A stretch of DNA of 64,000 bases from an uncultured virus (IMG/VR IMGVR_UViG_3300021957_000006). Its lineage: Duplodnaviria > Heunggongvirae > Uroviricota > Caudoviricetes. Under the pieces are notes generated by a model. The model searched no databases. It worked only from the letters and a program-made list of their open reading frames with translations, and was not told the DNA's origin. The translations under genes were made by a program, and so were the position numbers. Position 1 is the stretch's first letter. The number at the start of each line of letters is the position of its first letter. Below, piece after piece: positions 38,647-46,766 of the stretch. The stretch lies in IMG/VR virus record IMGVR_UViG_3300021957_000006; one strand, given 5' to 3'.

Positions 38647-39418
38647 AATACGCCTCGTATATTTTGTTAGCTATCATTTCGTGACCTTTATCGTTGGGGT
38701 GACTGTCTTCTGGTCCAAATGATTTATCAGTTTCCCTAATAAGATCATCTATTGTATTGCCTCCTATTGATTTAAGTGTAGGCCAATCCACAAAGGTTTC
38801 ATTGTCAATGTGATTAAAAAGATTTTCATCTAGTAAAGTTTGAACAATCTCCTTAATAGGAGATTTATTTTTATGTTTTGAAACAATATATTCTATAGGA
38901 CTAATTGCTTGAATAAAGATATGATTAATATTATTAGAGTTGCAGTAGTTTTGTATAACAAATATATTTGTCAACCAATCGTTTATTGATTTACTCATAT
39001 ATCTGCTCCACATGTGTTGCTTAACAATATACTCTCCTAAAGCAATTGCTGGCTCAATCATTATTTTATATCTGTTGACTTTATGAACAGAATTGTTGTA
39101 GTGCCCAATAGGATCAATGCTGATATCCTTAGTGAATCCAGTTTTGTTTATTGTAGATTCCCAGTGAGACACTCTACCAGCATTAGTCCAAGCTATGCAA
39201 ACACAATCAGGATCACCATTAACAGCAATGTAATTAAAAAAATCTCTTAGTATAAAGTTGTTACTAGCACCGACATAAGCACCATTGTACAGCAGCCAAT
39301 CGTCTCCTAGTTTCTTCTTTACAATTTCTGGCCAACACGTTGTTAATCCTGTTTGATATTTTTTAGACCAATAATCCTTATCTGTAAAACTATCACCACA
39401 ACAATACAATTTCTTCAA
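38627..39418 (-). CDS. SGNH/GDSL-like hydrolase or acyltransferase
   Basis: GDSFT, GASN, DSHPNDKGH motifs. Confidence 0.75.
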   Translation of the reverse strand: MKKLYCCGDSFTDKDYWSKKYQTGLTTCWPEIVKKKLGDDWLLYNGAYVGASNNFILRDFFNYIAVNGDPDCVCIAWTNAGRVSHWESTINKTGFTKDISIDPIGHYNNSVHKVNRYKIMIEPAIALGEYIVKQHMWSRYMSKSINDWLTNIFVIQNYCNSNNINHIFIQAISPIEYIVSKHKNKSPIKEIVQTLLDENLFNHIDNETFVDWPTLKSIGGNTIDDLIRETDKSFGPEDSHPNDKGHEMIANKIYEAYYDNYIR

Positions 39419-40731
39419 AACACTTTTACTCCATATAGCTTTTCAAAACCTTTTGCATGCTTTATATTATCAACCATAGGTTTACCCTTTACATTCAAAG
39501 AAGTATTCAGTAGCATTGGACATTGAGTTTGTTCATACCATTCTTCGAGTATAGGTCTTAACACAGACTTACAATCCTTCTTTACAACTTGAACTCTAGC
39601 TGTGCCATCAACATGAGTTACTGAACGATGGTCATGTTTTGCCACCGCCACATACTGCATATATTCGTTCATAGGACCAGTAAAGTATTCATCTGCATAT
39701 TCTTCCAATATGGCTGGAGCAAATGGTCTGAATCTTTGACGTTGCTTTATGTCATTGACTGTATCTTTAATATCCAAACGAGGATCGGCTAGAAGACTTC
39801 TATTGCCTAATGCTCGTGGTCCAAATTCAGCCTTACCATTCGCCACCCCACAAACAGAGTTATCTAATAAGTACTTAACTACTTCTTTTGGGTTTACTTC
39901 TCTGTCTATGTTGGTACCAAGATAAGGACTAACCCAGTTAAGTTGTTTGTCAAGATAAGCAGCTGCAGCTCCTAATGATGATCCAGCATCACCTGGATTT
40001 GGAAATATCCACACATCATTAAATAGTGGTCTTATCTTAGTATTTGCAACACAATTAAGAGCTACCCCTCCACCATAGCATAAATAAGCAGAGTATGATC
40101 TCGCCTTTGTCATAATATTAATTATTTCTTTTTCGAGATATTTTTGAGCACTAGCAGCCAAAGTATTTTTATCTACCGCAGGCATATGCAGCCCCCTACA
40201 ACCCCTATGTAGATTGTACTCAGAAAGATACGAAAGGTCAACAGGTAAAGACCCATATGCAGCCATCCCCATTAAGATATATTCATCTTCCATAGGCTTC
40301 AAACCAACATAATCTGTGATTGCCGAATAAAATAATCCTAAAGATTTAGGATATCGCATTGACCATTTCTTCTTTTTATTATACCATATAGAAGCCGTAT
40401 CCCATTCACCTATAGCATCAATTACGACACAAACAGGTTCTTCTTTGAATGGTCTGGTATAGTAGGCAGCAGCGGCGTGCGACCAGTGGTGATCAACATA
40501 GGCGTTATGCTTATCTCTAGTGACCCAACTCTGGCCATATAATAGTCTTCTTATGTTCTTTTTAAATGGTTTTTCATAGAAGACTGTAAAGCCATTGATA
40601 TCGACATGAAGTTTACGATCATTCTTTTTTCTTGAGTGTCGCTCACTGTGATGAGCTTCAATAATATCCTGCCCCTCTAAATAACAATAAGCAGCATCGT
40701 GAAACCCATAAGACAATCCAATTGTAGTCAT
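39415..40731 (-). CDS. Carbamoyltransferase (CmcH/NodU/TobZ family)
   Basis: HDAA, HHWSHAA, GGVALNCVAN, EFGPRALGNRSLLA, FRPFAP, HVDGTARVQ, LLNTSLN motifs. Confidence 0.95.
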   Translation of the reverse strand: MTTIGLSYGFHDAAYCYLEGQDIIEAHHSERHSRKKNDRKLHVDINGFTVFYEKPFKKNIRRLLYGQSWVTRDKHNAYVDHHWSHAAAAYYTRPFKEEPVCVVIDAIGEWDTASIWYNKKKKWSMRYPKSLGLFYSAITDYVGLKPMEDEYILMGMAAYGSLPVDLSYLSEYNLHRGCRGLHMPAVDKNTLAASAQKYLEKEIINIMTKARSYSAYLCYGGGVALNCVANTKIRPLFNDVWIFPNPGDAGSSLGAAAAYLDKQLNWVSPYLGTNIDREVNPKEVVKYLLDNSVCGVANGKAEFGPRALGNRSLLADPRLDIKDTVNDIKQRQRFRPFAPAILEEYADEYFTGPMNEYMQYVAVAKHDHRSVTHVDGTARVQVVKKDCKSVLRPILEEWYEQTQCPMLLNTSLNVKGKPMVDNIKHAKGFEKLYGVKVF

Positions 40732-40741
40732 AGTATATCCA

Positions 40742-41647
40742 ATGAAAAGATTAATTTACAGTATTTATATCGACATTCCCAAAGAGCTATTAGACCCTCA
40801 GCCTCCTCATCACGGAGAGACAGAGGATAAAAATATCAAAGCAAAACGTCAGTTTGCTGAACACTACCCTTGGCTGTTACAAAAGCAGATAGATTATGCA
40901 GCTACCATTGGAGCTGAGTATAAGCACTTTACATACGATGACAAATATCAAAAGTTAAGAGAATGGTATAATGAGACTTATCCATTCATAACAGAATACA
41001 ACATTGTAAACTTCTATAAGATTCATCTAATGTATGAACTAGCAGAACAATATGATGAGATACTTTACCTTGATCTAGATGTGTTACCAGTGACAGAAGA
41101 GAACTTCTTTGAAGCTCATGATTTATCTAAAGGAATAGCAATCAAGAAAAATTCTCATGGAATGCATATGAACAAAGATTTTATAAAGCATAGAGAAGAT
41201 CTTTATGAAAGGAAAGGCATGGCTGGGGGAAGTATAAGAAGCCCAATGGCTAAGTGGTGGAATTCAAAAGCTCTGTGTTTGGAATATGGTAAGCCTATAG
41301 AAGATATTCCAGTTTACAATACTGGTATTGTGGGTTTCAACAAATACTGGCTAGACAAACTAGAATTCTTTGAAGATTTTGAAGAAACGCTTTATGAGAT
41401 GAAAGAGCTATGTGAAGATGAACACACTATGTATCCAAAGTTTGCACAGGCTCTATTTGGATACGACAATGAGACTATCTGGGGATTCAAGGCTCATATG
41501 AATGATGTTCCATCTGTATGGTTGGATGGTAGATGGCATACGTTTCTTGACAAGATGACAATCATTCCCAGTAAGTCTAAATTGGTTCATATTATCAACA
41601 AGAGCTTTGACGAAGTGAGAGATTGGTATGAAAAGAATAATATTTAG
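40742..41647 (+). CDS. GT-A nucleotide-diphospho-sugar transferase
   Basis: FYKI, ILYLDLDV (DxD), YNTGIV, DNE, HIINK motifs. Confidence 0.75.
   Translation: MKRLIYSIYIDIPKELLDPQPPHHGETEDKNIKAKRQFAEHYPWLLQKQIDYAATIGAEYKHFTYDDKYQKLREWYNETYPFITEYNIVNFYKIHLMYELAEQYDEILYLDLDVLPVTEENFFEAHDLSKGIAIKKNSHGMHMNKDFIKHREDLYERKGMAGGSIRSPMAKWWNSKALCLEYGKPIEDIPVYNTGIVGFNKYWLDKLEFFEDFEETLYEMKELCEDEHTMYPKFAQALFGYDNETIWGFKAHMNDVPSVWLDGRWHTFLDKMTIIPSKSKLVHIINKSFDEVRDWYEKNNI
40762..40769 (-). promoter_or_regulatory. T4-type late promoter TATAAATA for the carbamoyltransferase operon
   Basis: Exact consensus 31 bp upstream of ATG 40731, embedded in the opposite-strand gene. Confidence 0.7.
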
Positions 41648-42422
41648 CATATATGGTGACAATGTTAACAATGTTGGTGAAAGTGTAACAGATTATAAAT
41701 CAAATAACTTTCGCGCATATAAAGATCAGTTAGTTAAGTGTAAACAAGTGTATGCAAATAAGTGCAAAGCTGACTTTGTTTTGATAGACACTTCTCTAAA
41801 CAACTTTGTGGATATACAATTTGAAAAGATAAGACTGTTAGAAGAGTTTGCGCGTTCGTATGATGAGGTTCTGTACTTAGACTTTGATGTTATTCCTAAT
41901 TATTCAGCAAGAAGCATCTTTGATAGTGTTGATACTTCGAAGTTAAGTATGCACCCTCTCAATAGACCTCTCAATGGGATTTATTTAAGAGGCGCGTTAC
42001 TATCAGATTGGCTAGACTCTCAAAGCATGTACGTTAAGACATGCTCTAAAAGATCTATGCTACTACTAGAAGGAATAAACGGTAATAATTTAACATATAA
42101 CACTGGAGTAGTGTTAGGCAATTCCGAGATTATAAAACAAGTTAATTTTACAGAACAGCTAGATGATATGCATGAGTTGTTAGAAGAAGCATGTGAAGAC
42201 AATCTTTACCCACCAGAGATATCAAGGCATTTTGTTCCCAACAATGAAGTTTACATTAGCTATTTGATTGAGAAGAACAACATTCCTCATCACGATCTAT
42301 CAATGAACTGGAATTTTATTCTTGATGATGTTAAAGAGTATGCAACAGCGTCTGCTGAATTAATTCATGCAGTAAATAAAAACTTTGATATGTTTAAAAT
42401 GCTTCTGGATTACAATGCTTAG
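41628..42422 (+). CDS. GT-A nucleotide-diphospho-sugar transferase (paralogue of the upstream gene)
   Basis: MKRIIFSIY start, VLYLDFDV, YNTGVV, NNE, HAVNK motifs. Confidence 0.75.
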   Translation: MKRIIFSIYGDNVNNVGESVTDYKSNNFRAYKDQLVKCKQVYANKCKADFVLIDTSLNNFVDIQFEKIRLLEEFARSYDEVLYLDFDVIPNYSARSIFDSVDTSKLSMHPLNRPLNGIYLRGALLSDWLDSQSMYVKTCSKRSMLLLEGINGNNLTYNTGVVLGNSEIIKQVNFTEQLDDMHELLEEACEDNLYPPEISRHFVPNNEVYISYLIEKNNIPHHDLSMNWNFILDDVKEYATASAELIHAVNKNFDMFKMLLDYNA

Positions 42423-42990
42423 AGTCATTTGTGTGTGCACCGGAAATAAATTTAAACAGTGGTATGTCGACAACTTGAAATACCAAGTAGACAAGTACTC
42501 TAAGTTACAGTATGATGAATTTGTAGTTATAACAGATGATAACTATGATGGTGTCTTCAACAAACTACAAATGTTTGATAGGTATAGAGACGGACAGAAC
42601 ATCTATTTTGACTTGGATGTTCTGATAAAAGGAGATTGTAACAGCTTTCTTAAAAAAGATTTCACACTATGTTTTGCTCATTGGAGAGATGAATATCATA
42701 CAAGAATTAATAGCTCTATCATATCTTGGTATGGAGACGTATCACACATCTATGAGATGTTTCAACAAGATCCTGATTATTACATGACAAAATACTATCG
42801 TGGTATTGATCAAATGTTATATGAAAATATTGAATATAAAGTCTATCCCAATACTGATACATACTGCTCTTATCAAACAGTTACAGAAGAATTACCTTTT
42901 AACGTATATCTTTTTAATCAGAGACATCAGAAGATGCTTGAGCCTGGCTGGCATCAAAAATTTCAATTGCCGCTCTCAGAGCATCGATAG
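42415..42990 (+). CDS. GT-A (GT8-like) glycosyltransferase
   Basis: VICVCTG.KF...YV..L, NKLQMF, IYFDLDVLI, NSSI, GIDQ motifs. ATG 42415 overlaps the upstream stop. Confidence 0.75.
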   Translation: MLRVICVCTGNKFKQWYVDNLKYQVDKYSKLQYDEFVVITDDNYDGVFNKLQMFDRYRDGQNIYFDLDVLIKGDCNSFLKKDFTLCFAHWRDEYHTRINSSIISWYGDVSHIYEMFQQDPDYYMTKYYRGIDQMLYENIEYKVYPNTDTYCSYQTVTEELPFNVYLFNQRHQKMLEPGWHQKFQLPLSEHR

Positions 42991-43438
42991 GAGTATTGGA
43001 CCTACGGATTTTCTTCTTTAGATCTTTGTCCTTACATTGCTTAACAAACTCTTTTTCAAACAATTGAAGTTTAAAGAAGAACAGTTTTTCCTTATGAAGT
43101 TTTTCATTATAAGGGTCAAAGATTAAATCAATAAGGATCTTATGAAAGTCGCTAGTGCCCCCATCATCTAAGTTAACTAACCATCCTTTTTCTTTAGCAA
43201 TTTCAATAACCTGATCCTTAAATGCTTGTTCAGATTCCTTTGTATATGTCCAAGTGTTTTCATGAATCTCATCTACAGTAACATGCTCGAGTAGTTCCTT
43301 CCACTGAGGATCTTCATCTTTTGTTTCCATAATGATTTCTACTAGTGCACCTGGATTATCAGGATCTTCCCAATAACTCATTACTGAATCTCTTTGTTCA
43401 TTTCTAAAGTATGCATTGATGTATCTAAAATTATTCAT
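42914..43438 (-). CDS. Hypothetical protein
   Basis: 174-aa ORF coupled to the upstream SPASM gene; N-terminus resembles the ORF at 45074-45802. Confidence 0.7.
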   Translation of the reverse strand: MNNFRYINAYFRNEQRDSVMSYWEDPDNPGALVEIIMETKDEDPQWKELLEHVTVDEIHENTWTYTKESEQAFKDQVIEIAKEKGWLVNLDDGGTSDFHKILIDLIFDPYNEKLHKEKLFFFKLQLFEKEFVKQCKDKDLKKKIRRSNTPIDALRAAIEIFDASQAQASSDVSD

Positions 43439-43742
43439 TTGATTCTTCCTCTACTGTGCACCACCGTTTACATTGCCTAAGCGCTTTATCATTAGACCAA
43501 GATTCAATTAACTCATCCCACCACGGATGTTCATTAATTGAATCAAAGTCATTCTTAAAAATATTTAGGTCATCTTTATAATGATCGTACTGATGCATTA
43601 TGTGTTGGTTTTCTCTGTACCCTGATTTTTCTCCTGAAGCTCGACTTTGATAATCATTGTTTACTAAGTAGCAACAAGGATACACTTGACCATCAATATT
43701 GATTACCATTTGATTAAGCTCACGCCACTTACATTTAATCAT
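43431..43742 (-). CDS. Stand-alone SPASM/Twitch Fe-S domain protein
   Basis: C...INIDGQVYPCC...CKRWC motif. Confidence 0.75.
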   Translation of the reverse strand: MIKCKWRELNQMVINIDGQVYPCCYLVNNDYQSRASGEKSGYRENQHIMHQYDHYKDDLNIFKNDFDSINEHPWWDELIESWSNDKALRQCKRWCTVEEESNE

Positions 43743-44475
43743 TTAAGTACACAACTCCAGATGGCATTTTTTTTCTATATATTTCTTCAACAGAGTGTTT
43801 GGTTACCATATCAGTAACAGTAGCAGCTTCTAATATGTCCTGCTGTCCACGCTCGTTTATAAAACTGAAGCTGTCGTTTGTAAATGTGGGAGCTGAATAA
43901 AATCTATCAGTAACAAGCCACTTGTGAGCATATGCTCCATATGATTTAACTAAGTCAGATATTTCTGCAATATGCTTTTCGTTATGTTTGAAGACAATAG
44001 TCAGAGCCCATGCTTCAGCAGGCGTGCTTGAGAGTTCTTTCATATGATTTAAGACTTTACTAAGCTCTGTTTTCCGTCTATATTTAGCATGCATTTCTTG
44101 TGTACTTCCATCAACCGCAAACACAACTGTAAGTTGATCTTTTCCAGCACAACCCAGTTCCCACCAAAACTCTTCATCTCTCATAGCCCCGTTAGTGTCA
44201 ATAACAATCTTAGACTTACTGTTATCAGTTATATATTGAACTATGGGAAGAATGTCTTTATTCATAGCAGGGTCGCCCCAAGTCCCACAAAAATTATATT
44301 GTCTATGCCGAGAGGGGTGAGGGAATACCTTTTTAAAAGTTTCTAAATTCCATTGTAGAAGTGGTAGCCAGTCTGCTTTGCCAAGTCCGTTGGGGTTGGT
44401 TCGATGACACTGAGGGCAAGCTGCATTACAATACGTCGAAACGTCTAGCCACACATTAGGATCTCTTAACCACAT
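43735..44475 (-). CDS. Radical SAM protein (core domain only)
   Basis: CNAACPQC, GTWGDP, TNG, FAVDG, IVFKHNE motifs. Confidence 0.9.
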   Translation of the reverse strand: MWLRDPNVWLDVSTYCNAACPQCHRTNPNGLGKADWLPLLQWNLETFKKVFPHPSRHRQYNFCGTWGDPAMNKDILPIVQYITDNSKSKIVIDTNGAMRDEEFWWELGCAGKDQLTVVFAVDGSTQEMHAKYRRKTELSKVLNHMKELSSTPAEAWALTIVFKHNEKHIAEISDLVKSYGAYAHKWLVTDRFYSAPTFTNDSFSFINERGQQDILEAATVTDMVTKHSVEEIYRKKMPSGVVYLND

Positions 44476-45074
44476 TAAATAACTCCAATCACCATATATC
44501 TATCATGATTTTCGAATGGCATTGTACCACTATAGTAGATGTTAGATAAAGGTGTCTTCATCATAAACTCTTCAAGACTATCTACACAATTTACATGATC
44601 CTCAACAGAGTAGTAATTATTAGATTGAACAGCTACTATTGTTTCTTGTTTTAACGATCTGTAGATATGCTCAACATATTTCTGTTCAATATGTTCTATA
44701 CTGGTGTTAATATAAACTTTACAATCAGGAACATTCAAAGTTGTATCTCTAGTTTCAAAGTTTATATTATAATCATCGAACAAGTATTCACCCATGATTT
44801 TACATCCTGGATCGATATCAGAATTGACTATTATATTGTCTGGAAATTCTTTTCTAAGAAGATATGATGTTAGTCCTAACCAACCAGCAGCAACATGTAT
44901 GTCTTCCATGCCAATGTAATCTGAAAGACAGTCTACCAACCACTGCTTACCAGACCAGTGCTTGGGTCCTAGTCCGTTACCTACTTCTTTTATTCTATTG
45001 AGATTTAGTTCGTCGGGATTGTCATAAATATATTCAACGAGCTTGAAACCTCGTTTCAAGATTTGATTATCCAT
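44475..45074 (-). CDS. Class I SAM-dependent methyltransferase-like protein
   Basis: VAAGWLG glycine loop, DIDP, INTSIEH, QSNNY, RYMVIG motifs. Confidence 0.7.
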   Translation of the reverse strand: MDNQILKRGFKLVEYIYDNPDELNLNRIKEVGNGLGPKHWSGKQWLVDCLSDYIGMEDIHVAAGWLGLTSYLLRKEFPDNIIVNSDIDPGCKIMGEYLFDDYNINFETRDTTLNVPDCKVYINTSIEHIEQKYVEHIYRSLKQETIVAVQSNNYYSVEDHVNCVDSLEEFMMKTPLSNIYYSGTMPFENHDRYMVIGVI

Positions 45075-45802
45075 TATATAATCTTATTAAGTATTCCGAC
45101 AACTGTCTTTGCAGTTGTTTTTTTATCAGACATTTTCTTTAACATCTCAACAACATTTTCTTGATTATTGATAACCGTAAGAAATTCCACAACGTCTTTT
45201 ACTGACTTCTCTAAGTCTTCAGTTGACACACCAGAGATTATGAAAGAGTTAATCTTGGCAATTTGCTCATTGATTTGCCCGTCTCTTTTTTTAGAAAGAG
45301 CTTCGTGCATGACTACTTTCTTTTGTAACTCTTTAATCACATTATCAGTGTGTAACTGAGCTGCAATTGCTTTCTTCTTCCAATCTTTAATCACACTTTC
45401 AGTGTGCAACTGAGCTGCGATTGCCTTTTTCTTCCAATCTTCCATTCTTTCTCGCTCACGCGCTGCATGAACTCTAGCTTCTAAAGAATGTTTTTGCCAC
45501 CTATCAACTTCCGCTTGATACCTTTCAACTTCTGCTTGACACCTATCTACTTCACCTTGATATAGATCCGCTGCAGCAGTTTTAGCAACCTCTACAACAC
45601 TAGCCATTTGTTGTCTCTTAAATTCAGCTGTAGTATCTAAAATTTTCTCGTTAGTCCAGCCTAGATCTTTTAGCGCTTTGTGCTGCACTGTGTCTGGTTG
45701 AATATATTCTTCAATGATACCATCTTCTTCAGATTGATGCAACACCAGAATAGTGTCTTGTTGATCATTTGTATATCTTGCTTCTATGATATCTTTATAC
45801 AT
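45074..45802 (-). CDS. Hypothetical coiled-coil protein with internal tandem repeats
   Basis: 242 aa with heptad and 18-aa repeats. Confidence 0.75.
   Translation of the reverse strand: MYKDIIEARYTNDQQDTILVLHQSEEDGIIEEYIQPDTVQHKALKDLGWTNEKILDTTAEFKRQQMASVVEVAKTAAADLYQGEVDRCQAEVERYQAEVDRWQKHSLEARVHAARERERMEDWKKKAIAAQLHTESVIKDWKKKAIAAQLHTDNVIKELQKKVVMHEALSKKRDGQINEQIAKINSFIISGVSTEDLEKSVKDVVEFLTVINNQENVVEMLKKMSDKKTTAKTVVGILNKII
45330..45441. repeat. 54-bp tandem duplication (DWKKKAIAAQLHTxxVIK x2)
   Basis: tctttaatcac recurs at 45330 and 45384. Confidence 0.9.
45499..45561. repeat. 21-bp tandem repeat x3 (QxEVxRx heptads)
   Basis: acctatcaacttccgcttgat / acctttcaacttctgcttgac / acctatctacttcaccttgat. 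Confidence 0.85.
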
Positions 45803-45810
45803 AATTTTTC

Positions 45811-46764
45811 CTACGTTTGTTCAATTCTTAGATAGTAAGTGTTAGCTGTAATAGCGGTACCGTTGGGAAACTCCTGAGCTCTATAATCATCAGCGCTTAC
45901 AAATCTTGTTTGATAATTACCTGAACCATTAAGAATAGTATCTGACATACCAGTTCCTCTGTTATTTCCCGAGCCATTAATATTATATCTAATTCTAGAT
46001 CCTTCTACACTAGCCGCTACATGTTTAACACAGTTCTTAAGAATATCATCAAAGCTAGCTGTAGTGTATTCTTGTAAATCATTATCAGATCTAATAAAAA
46101 TAGGCGATGAGTATGATATAGCCGATCCAGCATTTACTCTGAATAGATAATAGTTAGCTATTGTATCAGGAGTACCGTCCATATTACTACCAATATTACC
46201 TGAGGTATAATCAGATAGATCAGCTCTTGTATCGGTAAAGACAGGAGTTGAGCTTATAAGAGTAGAGCCAGTTAGAGTGTTAGCTGAATGTATTCTGTAC
46301 GTACCAGGTTGATCTGTACCATCTGTAATATTATCAATTGCAGGATATATAAACGTGTCGTACATATCCGTAAGCGTCATAGCTTTTATATTACCACTAT
46401 CACTGTAAACAGGAAACGCTATATTGTTAGTATCTGCAGTCTCGGTTGTACTAGCTGCCGTTTGATTTATTCGAGAGTAGTTAACAGACACAGTTCCTGG
46501 CTCTGCTGTGGTAGATTCCGGTGCATACTCCGCTGCACCATCATCATCAGCATCTTGATTACCTGTTGTTGTAGATACAGCTCCAGCTATTTTTCTAGTA
46601 TCAGTTATAGTTCCTAACCCACCTCCAGATGTAACGAAGGTAAGATTTACTGACGGGTCAGTAGAATAAAGATATCTTACTTGAGATTTTATCTCGTTTA
46701 TCTGGGTAGTCGTCATCTCTTGGAGATTGCTTCCATTGAGACGAAGCGGAGTTCTCACTGCCAT
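45811..46764 (-). CDS. Putative virion structural protein
   Basis: Thr/Ser/Gly-rich, internally repeated (NLQEMT / NIKAMT / DLQEYT), directly after a fibre gene. Confidence 0.6.
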   Translation of the reverse strand: MAVRTPLRLNGSNLQEMTTTQINEIKSQVRYLYSTDPSVNLTFVTSGGGLGTITDTRKIAGAVSTTTGNQDADDDGAAEYAPESTTAEPGTVSVNYSRINQTAASTTETADTNNIAFPVYSDSGNIKAMTLTDMYDTFIYPAIDNITDGTDQPGTYRIHSANTLTGSTLISSTPVFTDTRADLSDYTSGNIGSNMDGTPDTIANYYLFRVNAGSAISYSSPIFIRSDNDLQEYTTASFDDILKNCVKHVAASVEGSRIRYNINGSGNNRGTGMSDTILNGSGNYQTRFVSADDYRAQEFPNGTAITANTYYLRIEQT

Positions 46765-46766
46765 TA

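Noticed and set aside
43743..43780. Programmed frameshift at the A8 run fusing the radical SAM and SPASM genes
   Set aside because: The downstream frame has a TAA directly before its ATG, so a shift at the run would terminate.
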